16,928 nucleotides of DNA, from contig NW_021824975.1 of NCBI RefSeq assembly GCF_006345805.1, positions 1 through 16,928 of the forward strand, written 5' to 3'. A model generated the notes under the pieces. It searched no databases and had not been told where the DNA came from. It saw nothing but the letters and a program-made list of their open reading frames with translations. Within the stretch, counting starts at the first letter, position 1; every line of letters starts with the position of its first letter. Made by a program: the position numbers and the translations under genes. This DNA is from Octopus sinensis (Eukaryota). This document shows, piece after piece, positions 1 to 10,935 of the stretch.

Positions 1-249
1 ATCGAAAAAGGAAAAAGTGGAGGCAAGCAGAAACAGAACGAAAAACAGAAATAAAAAAAAATGACAAACTGAATGAAACAACTAGTAACAAATGTAAATA
101 AATAAATAAATAAATAAAAAACATGAAGCAATTAACAAAATAAATCAATTAATGAGATTCTGTACAAACATTACAAGAATTGTACACAGACAAATATTTA
201 CTAACATGTAATAGCTTCATCAAAGCAAAGCTAAATATACGTACACACA

Positions 250-282
250 TACTCTCTCTCTTTCTCTTTCTCTCTCTCTCTT

Positions 283-328
<46 letters not shown>

Positions 329-700
329 ATACACATACGCACATATAGATAGAATGATCGATATAGATATAGATATATGCACACATACAATATATAGAAA
401 TAAATATACAGATACAATGTGTACATACATACATATATACACACACGCACACCGCACACATACACATATATATATAAGTATATATTTATATACGTATATA
501 TATATATATATATTATATATATATATATATATACACATATATAATAGACACATATATAATAGACACACACACACACATACATACGGACATACATTCAACA
601 TGAATATGAAAAAATTTGTACGTACTTGCATAGATACACACACTCTTACATACATGTACATACATGCATGCATGCATACATACATACATTCATATATATA

Positions 701-745
<45 letters not shown>
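250..745. repeat. Compound microsatellite region: (TC)n, (TA)n, (CA)n, (TACA)n
   Basis: Read directly: (TC)n ~254-324, (TA)n ~492-532 and ~706-744, with mixed CA/TA between. Confidence 0.95.
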
Positions 746-750
<5 letters not shown>

Positions 751-1250
751 CTATCTATTTATCTAGTGTCAGTTGTATGAATGCGTGTGTATTTGTGTCT
801 ATGTGTGTGTGCGTATGTGTATACATACAAGCACACATACATATATGTGTATAAACAGACATATAGATGAGCATACACACGCATGCCTACCTACACGTAT
901 ATAAACTCACAACAGACACTCACACAGACACATAAAGAGAGAGAGAGAGAGCGAGACCGGGGGGGGGGCGACAGAGAGAGATACAGAAAGACAGACCCCG
1001 ACAGACCGACAGAGAGGGATATGACAGCGATTTATTGGTCGTATACGTCTTTCACAACGTTGCTGAAATGCATGTTACTTTTATTGGCAAGTGACTAGGC
1101 TTCATAGGTCATTTCGTCAACTACACATTTTGTTTAGTCCCTATTGCTCGTCAATATCCGTTAGAGTCATTGGACGAAGGGCAGTTCGATTTGGTGTATT
1201 GTTCTTTGTGCATATCTTTAATCAAATTAAGGATGGTGTGAGAGATACCT

Positions 1251-1505
1251 ATTTCTTTATTACCCACAAGGGGCTAAACACAGAGGGGACAAACAAGGAC
1301 AGACATCGGTATTAAGGCGATTACATCGACCCCCAGTGCGTAAATGGTACTTAATTTATCGACCCCGAAAGGATGAAAGGCAAAGTCGACCTCGGCGGAA
1401 TTTGAACTCACAACGTAACGGCAGACGAAATACCGCTAAGCATTTCGCCCGGCGTGCTAACGTTTCTGCCAGTTCGCCACCTTTTCTGCCAGCTCGCCGC
1501 CTTAA
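1251..1505 (-). mobile_element. tRNA-derived SINE (family B) with a Meta/MESC-like central domain, inserted in the RTE remnant
   Basis: Minus strand: head AAGGCGGCGAGCTGGCAGAAACGTTAG (A-box-like), B-box-like GAGTTCAAATTCC (plus 1397-1409), central GCCTTTCATCCTTTCGGGGTCGATAAATTAAGTACC, and an A-rich end. Flanked by the direct repeat GTGAGAGATA(C/T)CT at 1238-1250 and 1506-1518 (TSD, 1 mismatch). The Meta-domain label is from recall. Confidence 0.85.
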
Positions 1506-1753
1506 GTGAGAGATATCTTCAACCCAATATTGGTGGTGTCTGCTTTTACGGTTAATGTATTGGGACGCTGCCTCATTAAGTGCAGGGGTGATATAAGTCT
1601 ACTGTTTTTCTTTGTTTTCTGAGCTCAGACCAAATTTCAGCATCCTTAGTTTTTGAGACATTAGGCGAGGCAGCGAAACAGATTTCTTGCATCTTTATTT
1701 TGCAGGTGGTTGCAGTGTAACTCCTTTTTGGGGGGCTTTTGCTGCTTCATTGG

Positions 1754-2000
1754 AGGACGTTTGGACCTTGCTTTTCAATGGATGGTTTAGAAGTTTTTAC
1801 CTCTCATGGTATGAGGGATGAAAATATCCTTGATGTTAGCACATCTCACAACGATGAAATCTGTTATGTGTCGATGTATTGTTGGACTTTCGAGCTTCAA
1901 GAAAGGACTCTTGATCCTAATCTTTCAATGGACGATTCAGAACTCCGTACCTCTCATGGCACGAGTGATGAAAATATCTTTGATATCATCGCGTCTCAAA
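1754..2000. repeat. Diverged tandem duplication with a 150-bp period inside the RTE remnant
   Basis: TTTCAATGGA..TACCTCTCATGG..GATGAAAATATC.TTGAT occurs twice; the ATG of TTTCAATGG is at 1778 and 1928 (offset exactly 150). Confidence 0.8.
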
Positions 2001-2452
2001 TCAGTCATGTGTCTTGTTTCGAATGAGGGTCCACTCACAACATGTGTTTTATCTGTTGTTGAACGGAGTTGTTTATGTATGGTTACGTTCGGAGTAAAGC
2101 GTTAGTAACCAACTTGTCATTTGCAGACACCTTGACAGGACGTTCACCTTGTACTCCATCCAATGATATGTTATTCACTCCACTGTAACGTTGATATCCG
2201 GCAAAGGGAGTCAGCCAGGGATTGATAAAAATATTTCATGGGCACATCCTCAGTTAGCGAAGGTGGAGCATAGATACGAGAAATATAACATAACGATTCA
2301 TTGTCAAAGAGGTTCATTTGGCTTTAAGTAGTACCACTCAGCATTTCTGCGAGACTTGACAGAAAGATGCTTTTGATGACCAAATTTTCTCCGTAGAGGC
2401 GTCTACCTAAAGGGATGCTTTTCGAAAAGGAAATATAACCCAATACTTCCCT

Positions 2453-2488
2453 TGCAAGAGAGCTCTCATCTGCAAGAGAGCTCTCATC
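2453..2488. repeat. Perfect 18-bp tandem duplication
   Basis: TGCAAGAGAGCTCTCATC at 2453-2470 and 2471-2488; the unit contains the palindrome GAGAGCTCTC. Confidence 0.95.
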
Positions 2489-2864
2489 TCACTCAAGGCA
2501 GCTGTGTCGATGTTCTGCAGTGATCAGCGCTGTTCTGCGATATAGACTTTCATAGTTCTATGCGAATCAAAGTAAGTCTTTGGTTTCTCATGCTACCAGT
2601 TTCTGGCAGAACAGTTTCCTATTTCGACCGTGAAGATACGCACGCACAAACGCAGATATTCATTTAGCTCTATACACCTGACTGCCTAGAATATATCTAA
2701 GTATGTATAAGTGCATGTGTTTTCATCTAACACATACACACACACGTTTGGGTGCACACACACATTGCTAAGCAATATAATGAATGAGTCTTTTATGGTA
2801 TTACTACATGTCTCCATAACTAAGGTATGCAGAACATGGGTGCTGTTATGTAAGTTGACATACA

Positions 2865-3257
2865 GGCGCAGGAGTGGCTGTGTGGTAAGAGGCTTGGTAA
2901 CCAACCACATGGTTCCGGGTTCAGTCCCACTGCGTGGCATCTTGGGCAAGTGTCTTCTGCTATAGCCCCGGGCCGACCAAAGCTTTGTGAGTGGATTTGG
3001 TAGACGGAAACTGAAAGAAGCCTGTCGTATATATATGTATATATATATGTGTGTCTGTGTTTGTCCCCCTAGCATTGCTTGACAACCGATGCTGGTATGC
3101 TTACGTCCCCGTCACATAGCGGTTCGGCAAAAGAGACCGATAGAATAAGTACTGGGCTTACAAAGAATAAGTCCCGGGGTCGATTTGCTCGACTAAAGGC
3201 GGTGCTCCAGCATGGCCGCAGCCAAATGACTGAAACAAATAAAAGAGTAAAAAGAGT
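2865..3257 (+). mobile_element. Full-length tRNA-derived SINE (family A) with a CORE-like segment and an internal microsatellite
   Basis: A-box TGGCTGTGTGG (2875-2885), B-box GGTTCAGTCC (2918-2927), CORE-like CTTGGGCAAGTGTCTTCT, internal (TA)n(TG)n at ~3027-3060, a 3' module, and an AAAAGAGT tail. Three homologous copies elsewhere in the window. Possible short TSD ATACA (2860-2864 / 3258-3262). Confidence 0.9.
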
Positions 3258-3311
3258 ATACAATATTAACTAACATTACCTAATATTAGGCAAGAATTTT
3301 TTAGGAGATAT

Positions 3312-3470
3312 GGTGTGGCTGTGTGGAAAGAAGCTTGCTTTCCAATCACATGGTTCCTGGTTCCCACAGCGCGGCACCTTGGGCAAATGTCTTCTGTTAT
3401 AGCTCCGGCCGACCAAATCCTTGCGAGTGAATTTGGTAGGCGGAAACTGAAAGAAGCCCGTCGTATATAT
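3312..3470 (+). mobile_element. 5' half of a family A SINE, running into (TA)/(TG) microsatellite
   Basis: Aligns by eye with 2872-3030 (GTGGCTGTGTGG...CCTTGGGCAAATGTCTTCT...GGAAACTGAAAGAAGCCCGTCG); the 3' module is absent. Confidence 0.85.
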
Positions 3471-3684
3471 ATATATGTATGTATGTGTGTGTGTGTGCGT
3501 GCGTGTATGCATGTGCGTGAATTTGAATGTGTGAGCATGCTCGCGCGTGTGTTTATGTGTGTGTGCACGCGCGTGTGTAAAATTGTACCTTGCGTGTTTG
3601 CGACTGCGTATATTTATGGATGTATATATGCGTATGAATGCTCCCGTTGCTTTCGATTAATGGTGTATCATTGACTATTTCTCC

Positions 3685-3720
<36 letters not shown>

Positions 3721-3725
3721 TAGTA

Positions 3726-3769
<44 letters not shown>

Positions 3770-3770
3770 T
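3685..3770. repeat. (CAG)n(TAG)n trinucleotide microsatellite
   Basis: Read directly. Confidence 0.95.
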
Positions 3771-4544
3771 AGGGCAAGATGAGTGGAAACAAGAAAGAAC
3801 CGAAGGTCCTGACCAAACGGTCATCAGGTTCGGAACCCATATCCTTCGTAGCTCAAGTTAATCTTTTGTCCCATTCTTGATCAATAAAATATGTTTAAAA
3901 TATGTCGCATTTAAGTTACTCAGTGTAAACCTGCATGACATTGCTCTCGAAATTTGCATTTTTTTACAGTTTTTCAAAAAATTGGCGGTTCTTATGTTAC
4001 ATCAAAACAAATCATGGCATAGAATGCAATTTTTAGTTTACCATTTAGTTCTAAAAAATGATTGGATTGCGAAGGCGAGGGAGTCTTTAGACGTTGATGT
4101 ATCTGCTAGAAACAGCAGGGAAACATCTCTCAAAGCACACACTACTCCTTATAAAATAAATACAATCTCAATAGACCGAAGAGTTTAGCGATAGCAAGCC
4201 TTTGATCGCAGGTCTGCTCAATTAGGGTTGACTTAGGGTGAGGTTAGTCTACAACAACAACACAACAACAACAACGAGGACAACGAGAAGAACAGCAACA
4301 ACAACAAAAACGCGTGGATAATTATTATTTTTGTTTTTAACGAGTGGAACATGAAAGAACAATGCCACATACTAATGAGGTTGTTCTGCTACCGCAGGAA
4401 TGGTAACAATGTGATTATGGAAGTTATGATGTCTTCGCAACATTTCAAACACGTGTAGCTGAATTAATGCCAGGCAGATAGAGGAGCGAACATCCACGTC
4501 ACCGTCTTTTGTCTGACGGCTTCAAGTGTCCGTTGTTGCTGCTG

Positions 4545-4751
4545 CTTGCTACGGCTACCGTTGTTGTTGTTGTTGTTGTTGCTGCTGTTGTTGTTGTTAT
4601 TGTTATCATTGTTATTTGAAGTGGTGGTAGTGGTAGTGGTGGTCAGGAGGTTAGAGGTAGTTGCAGTAGTGGTAGCAGAGGCAGCAGCAGCAGTAGTTGT
4701 AGTAGTGGCTGTTTGTTCAGTGAGAGGGGTGCGATGGCAATGATGATTTAA

Positions 4752-4782
<31 letters not shown>

Positions 4783-4788
4783 TAATAA

Positions 4789-4819
<31 letters not shown>

Positions 4820-4955
4820 AAGAAGAAAAAGAAAATGAAGAAGAAGAAGAAGAAGAAGAAGAAGAAGAAAAAGAAAAAGAAAAAGAAGAAGAAGAAGAAG
4901 AAGAAGAAGAAGAAGAAGAAGAGAAGAAAAAGAAGAAGAAGGACGATGACGACCT

Positions 4956-4990
<35 letters not shown>

Positions 4991-5005
4991 GTGATGATGA
5001 TGAAG
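4545..5005. repeat. Compound trinucleotide microsatellites: (TTG), (GTA/GCA), (AAT)n, (AGA)n, (GAT)n
   Basis: Read directly; these generate the poly-L, poly-K and poly-M ORFs in the track. Confidence 0.95.
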
Positions 5006-5593
5006 ATAATGATGCTGATTTGCTCTCTAATTGGTGTCTCCGCTCGACAGGCTTTTACTTAGAGTGGTCTCATCCAATTTTTCCATTTCCACCACAGCCC
5101 AATTTGAGTAAAACTGGTAACCCTGCTAACTATACCGTGCCAGTTCCATTCCACCCAAAAGTCGGGTCCGAATTAGACCCCGAACTGTTTAACCATTTCA
5201 TAGGGTCAAAGTCTCATGACGCCATCTAGTGGCATTGACTTGCTTCTCTGGTTACCGAGCAGCAATCCATTCGACACGTGTGGTTTACATTTTGCCCCTC
5301 TCAAATCTATTCCTTCGTAACGGTACGAAACGTCCTTCTTTTCCTGCCTAATGGTACCGACGTGTCCGGTGCATGCAGATGACCTCAGTGTGTGGTGTCG
5401 GTTACTGGCCTCCGACTCCAGACCGATGTCATCCGCATACACCGAAACAGCCATCTCTCGTCCGAGTTCGAAAGGTATGTAGCTCTAAGCTCCAGGTTCT
5501 TCATCAGTAGCTCGAGTGCCAGCACATGTAGAAAGGGCAGCAAAGGACATCCGTCACGGACTAAGCGTACGATGCAAAATATTTTCGAGAAGT

Positions 5594-6013
5594 ACTCTTT
5601 CTCTTTATCTTTTCCTCTTTTTACTTGTTTCAGTCATTTTGACTGCGGCCATGCTGGTGCACCGCCTTTAATCGAGCAACTCAACCCCGGGACTTATTCT
5701 TTGTAAGCCCAGTACTTATTCTATGGGTCTCTTTTGCCGAACCGCTAAGTGACGGGGACATAAACACACCAGCATCGGTTGTCAAACAATGCTAGGGGGA
5801 CAAATACAGACACACAAACATACACGCACATACATATATATACATATATACGACGAGCTTCTTTCAGTTTCCCTCTACCAAATCCACTCACAAGGTTTTG
5901 GTCGGCCCGAGGCTATAGTAGAAGACACTTGCCCAAGGTGCCACGCAGTGGGACTGAACCCGGAACCATTTGGTTGGTAAACAAGCTACTTACCACACAG
6001 CCACTCCTGCGCC
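5594..6013 (-). mobile_element. Full-length family A SINE in inverted orientation, inserted in the RT region of the L1/Tx1 remnant
   Basis: Its reverse complement matches 2865-3257 along the whole length (GGCGCAGGAGTGGCTGTGTGGTAAG head, internal TA/TG microsatellite, same 3' module and A-rich tail). Confidence 0.9.
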
Positions 6014-6278
6014 TGTTTAATGTTTACTTCGTCCATGGATCATATACTGCTGCGCGATCCAGCTTCTCAAAATGGCTCCGAAATTGGCAGCTTTCAGCAC
6101 AGCTATCAAGTAATAATGGATATTTGCATTGAAAACTATCAACTAATCGGAATCGATCAGCGTCACAGAGCAACTAAACTCGTTTATGATGTGGAGGTTG
6201 TGTATGGACCCGTTTGAAATCAGGCATGTATGCAAGCCTCGACGAGACCACCGATGACATTTCGCTAATACTTTGTCC

Positions 6279-6663
6279 GTGTGCAGGCGCAATGGCCCAG
6301 TGGTTAGGGCAGCGGACTTGCGGTCGGAGGATCGCGGTTTCGATTCCCAGACCGGGCATTGTGAGTGTTTATTGAGCGAAAACACCTAAAGCTCCACGAG
6401 GCTCCGGCAGGGGGTGGTGGTGAACCCTGCTGTACTCTTTCACCACAACTTTCTCTCGCTCTTTCTTCCTGTTTCTCTTGTACCTGTATTTCAAAGGGCC
6501 GGCCTTGTCACATTCTGTGTGTCACGCTGAATCTTCCTGAGAACTACGTTAAGGGTACACGTGTCTGTGGAGTGCTCAGCCACTTACACGTTAATTTCAC
6601 GAGCAGGCTGTTCCGTTGATCGTATCAGCTGGGACCCTCATCGTCGCAACCGACGGAGTGCTC
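6279..6663 (+). mobile_element. tRNA-derived SINE (family C) with a perfect 14-bp TSD
   Basis: A-box TGGCCCAGTGG (6293-6303) and B-box-like GGTTTCGATTCC (6336-6347). CTAATACTTTGTCC flanks it at 6265-6278 and 6664-6677. Its 3' part has a second copy at 13755-13901. Confidence 0.9.
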
Positions 6664-7989
6664 CTAATACTTTGTCCAAAATCTTAAACACTTCGTTTAG
6701 GCATGTTGTATACTATTTCCCGCTTGTTAATCTTCATCAGCAGCATTACCACTCTCCAACACACAGCATTGGGAATTCTGTTTTGCTGACAGTAGCACTA
6801 GACGTGCACTCAGAGATCGACAAGCAAATTTGGTTTGAACTTACAGAATCTGTAGGGTAGACCATCCAAACGCTGCGATTTGCGCCTCGTACAACCGCTC
6901 AGATTTTAACGGATGTCATCTCTTTTAAGAGGTACCTTGCGTCTATCGTTGAGAGCCCGGAAAGCCTTCGAAGTAGGCAATAATGTTCTGATACGGAAAA
7001 CTTGATTTTGATACGTTATTACGTGGCAATTCCACCAATCTGGCCCGAAAAACAGCTTTAGTCCCCTTGTACTTTTGCTGTCACTTTGAAGAAATCAACG
7101 AGGATTATTTTCGGCGCTGGCACACTGGCTGAGATGCCGTTACTAATCGCCTCTTATAGCTTTCTAACTAGCTCACCCTTCGCCTATCGTTGTATTTATC
7201 TCTCTATTGCTTACTCAAATTCGATTTATGTTACATTTGCGTACCGGCCAGAACGCATTCAACTTCCAGTAATTGCTCCCTTTCTATGGGTCTTATCTAA
7301 GTCGACTGTGTCCATCACAACTCTGTGTCCTATGTAGCTGATGATTTTGAATTACAAACACCATACACTCTCCGTTAGCGTACAAAAGCTGTACCCTATA
7401 TACGATCTGGATGAACCACTGTGGTTGTCCCGTGTCCACGTCGGTATGTCTGGAAATGCAGATGCAAGCTGTGAGATAATTGGAAATGTCTGAGTATGTT
7501 TTCAAGGCTTTTGTAGCCCCTTCTCTTTTGTGATAGTCCCATATAATTCCATCGTGTGTCTAAAATGAAATTCCAGGCAGCCACTAGAATTAGAAGTCGG
7601 CACGTACCCAGAAAATCAAGACATCTAAAGGAATCGGATAATCATTCCTTCGAGGTAACTTTGACGATTGTTGACTGAACATGACACCGTTAATGATAAC
7701 CGTGACAAGTGCCCGCCGACCTACCACATGGGTCCAGGAAGACTTCCCGTATCTCCAAAGAAAAGGAATTCCAGAATAATATCCCGGCGTTCGCTCGCGA
7801 CAGGCCTATATAATGAGACAGGGAGAAGTTAAAAAGGATTGACAGTTGTAATGGAGGTGTTGCAAAGTAAGAGTGTTAGTGATAGTTTCTGAAGCATCCT
7901 GTATATGTTCGACCACGTGACACAACATCTGATTTCCAATATATATAGACCCAGAACCATGCACTGAGTGCACTTTTCTTTCAATTCTA

Positions 7990-8050
7990 AACGAATATAT
8001 ATACATATACATTCGCACATATTCATACATATGTATGTGCATACATGCAT

Positions 8051-8086
<36 letters not shown>

Positions 8087-8447
8087 GTATATGTATATAT
8101 AAATATATGTGTGCACTAACGCACTCACAAGCACATATATATACATATGTACGCGCACCATAGGTAACTTCAAAGTCAACCTCGCTAAAATTATATATAT
8201 ATTATATTAATATGTATATACGCACACATACATACATATGTATACATGTATATACACATATATACGTGTATATACTTACATATAAATATAAATGTACACA
8301 CACACATGCACACACACACACGCACACACAACGAAAACGCACATGCACACACATACATAGAAGAACAGAAGACCGCACCATGCGTAACTTCAAAGTTGCT
8401 TGCAATAAAATATATATATGTATGCGGATGTATGTATACATATATTC

Positions 8448-8485
<38 letters not shown>
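7990..8485. repeat. Mixed (TA)/(CA)/(TG) microsatellite region
   Basis: Read directly. Confidence 0.9.
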
Positions 8486-8489
<4 letters not shown>

Positions 8490-8589
8490 TAGCGTTCTTG
8501 TTGCTTGTGATAATCTAATATTATTTTAGCTCTTGTTGATGTTCCTGTCAATATTGTTTGTCGCTGTCGTTATCATTATTTTCATTGTT

Positions 8590-8990
<401 letters not shown>

Positions 8991-9299
8991 CATTGCGATT
9001 GTCGTGTGTTGCTTATTTCCAAGACAGTTGCTATGGCTGGTTAAACATTTTGGTAATAATTTCCCGGTGTTGTATGAGTTGGCATTCACTGAATGATTAT
9101 CATCATCATTCCAGCACTGTTTCTTTGTTTTTATCATTATTTGACAGTTTTATTGGGAATTATTTCTAATTCCAATAAAATACAAATTTCCTCGTCAATT
9201 ATTTCCAAGGAAATGGTTGATTCCATCGTCACAAATTGTGTAGTTATATGTTCCTTTGCGTTTCTTTGTGTATACATAATCATACACAGATATGTACGC

Positions 9300-9616
9300 A
9301 TAAGTATGTGTGTATGTACACATGCAACTATGTATATATATATATACATATACATACATGTATATACACACATACATATATCCACACATACACACACACA
9401 CACTTATATATGTATCGATATATATATCGAAGAATATCATGTGTGCAAACATGTATGTATGTGCGTGTATAGAATATATATAACTATATATTGACATGAG
9501 TGTACGTATATTTATGTGTACTTATGTAATATATGTATGTCGAAAATATGTTAATACATATTCGTATTTATGATTTTATTAAAGTATACGCCAACTTATA
9601 TACATACATACATGTG

Positions 9617-9652
<36 letters not shown>

Positions 9653-9713
9653 TTTCGTATATAAATATATGCATTCATATAAACACATATGCATATGTGT
9701 AAGTGTGTACGCG

Positions 9714-9760
<47 letters not shown>
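9300..9760. repeat. Mixed (TA)/(CA) region ending in (GT)n
   Basis: Read directly; (GT)n ~9716-9758. Confidence 0.9.
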
Positions 9761-9761
<1 letters not shown>

Positions 9762-10430
9762 ACTGTATGTATGAACGAAATATATATCAAAGGAACATAT
9801 ATTTCAACACAAGAGCGGAGACCGAAGTAGTGCAGAGGTGAGAGGGTGAGACACAAGCGTGTGGGCGCGTTTGTGTATGATTGGGCCTCTGATGTTGTTC
9901 CTTGTATATATGTATTTATGTATTCAATTACATCTGGACACAACACACACACACACAATCACACGCGCGAACACACACATACACACACGTATGCAATATG
10001 AGGGGATGAGTGACAGTGAGGCGGGGGTGTTTCTTATATCTTATAAACTGTAGTTTGCTGGAATGACAAGGACAATGAATCAAGGCAGTTCAATAATATA
10101 TTCTATATTTCTTCACTTAATCTATTCATTTGTTTTTACAGATGAAATGTGTGTAGAAGGGCGCGTGTCTTCAGAATGGTTGATTGTTAATTTACGGTTG
10201 AGAGGACATCTTTATACAACACACGGAGATGTTCGGGAATGAGGAAGGACAGAGAGAAAGGGAAAGAGTGTGTTGCGAGAGTGTGTTGATGTGAGGGAAT
10301 GAGAGAGACAGGGAGAAAGAGGGGGAGGGAGAGAAGGTGATAGAAAGAGTATCTGTATGAAAGTCTGATATACGATGCGGAGGTATTGAGCGATAAGAGA
10401 GAGATCGTTGGAAAGAAAGGAAAATATTTA

Positions 10431-10530
10431 GATAGCTAGATAGACAGAGAGACACAAAGACAGATAGATAGATAGACATACATACATACATACATACAGA
10501 CAGACAGACAGATAGACAAATAGATAGAAT

Positions 10531-10606
<76 letters not shown>

Positions 10607-10764
10607 TACAGGCATTCAGAGAGAAAGGGAAGCGAGAGAGATAAATCGACAAGGAAATACTGTCACTGGTGGGGAAGCGTAAGTCAGGAGGACAAGAATA
10701 TTGAAATAAATATAAATATATTGATAAATTGATACACAGATTGTCATAGGACAAGGTTACTTAC

Positions 10765-10838
<74 letters not shown>

Positions 10839-10857
10839 GTCTGTCTGTCTGTCTCAC

Positions 10858-10902
<45 letters not shown>

Positions 10903-10935
10903 GCGTATCTATTTCCTTATCTGTCTGTTTATCTA
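10431..10935. repeat. (GATA)n/(GACA)n array followed by an oppositely oriented (TATC)n/(TGTC)n array
   Basis: (GATA)19 at 10531-10606; (TATC)18 at 10766-10837, followed by (TGTC)n to ~10902. Confidence 0.95.

Larger units (their letters stand above)
1095..2600 (-). mobile_element. Decayed RTE-clade LINE remnant (APE endonuclease, linker and a short RT piece; internally deleted)
   Basis: Manual minus-strand translation across frameshifts and stops gives RTE-type endonuclease motifs in the correct order: RTALITAE / NIDTAALSEMR (2482-2514), GYISFSKS..RRLYG..IKS (RRLYG 2390-2404), IYAP..FYQSL (IYAP 2264-2275), LVTNALLR, DPHSKQ, D.KDIFITRAMRG (ITRAMRG 1948-1968). Weaker RT-like words follow: LNLIKDMH (1208-1231) and GTKQ (1130-1141). 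Boundaries are approximate and the RT portion is less certain. Confidence 0.75.
5030..7790 (-). mobile_element. Decayed L1/Tx1-like LINE (APE endonuclease plus RT), interrupted by SINEs at 5594-6013 and 6279-6663
   Basis: Minus-strand motifs in canonical order: FLDP.GR; LILVAAWNFILD (7558-7581, GDWN equivalent); HPDRI; GHRVV..LDK..RKG.NYWKLNA (YWKLNA 7254-7271); LDGLPY (DGLPY 6852-6866); KILDKVLAK (spanning the SINE TSD); IHNLH; AVLKAANFG..RSWI; VRDGCPLLP (RDGCP 5544-5558, QGCPLSP equivalent); YADD (5428-5439); GLLLG..RSKSMP; FGPD..E.NW. Many stops and frameshifts. Confidence 0.85.

Noticed and set aside
1739-2105. Plus-strand ORFs with an internal repeat, downstream of a TTTATTTTGCAG acceptor-like site (1705)
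   Set aside because: They are antisense to recognisable RTE endonuclease sequence, and an in-frame TAA at 1718 separates the acceptor from the 1739 ORF.
3877-4188. 103-aa ORF in non-repetitive sequence
   Set aside because: TTG start, no recognisable motif, no supported splice structure.
4222-4246. TTAGGG-like words (possible interstitial telomere)
   Set aside because: Only two interrupted units; expected by chance or part of a decayed repeat tail before (ACA)n.
2686-6132. ORFs containing RRHLPK(M/V)PRSGTEPGT-like peptides (2686-3075, 3276-3512, 5779-6132)
   Set aside because: They are the antisense reading of the family A SINE head, repeated in each copy; not a gene.
7770-7800. Minus-strand GAGCGAACGCCGGGATATTATTCT, resembling the 3' motif of the Helitron-like element at ~12002-12025
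   Set aside because: About 25 bp of loose similarity with no accompanying body; too short to call.
10612-10684. Possible exon ending at the donor-like AAGC/GTAAGT (10679)
   Set aside because: The upstream AG follows a purine-rich (GATA)n tract with no polypyrimidine tract.
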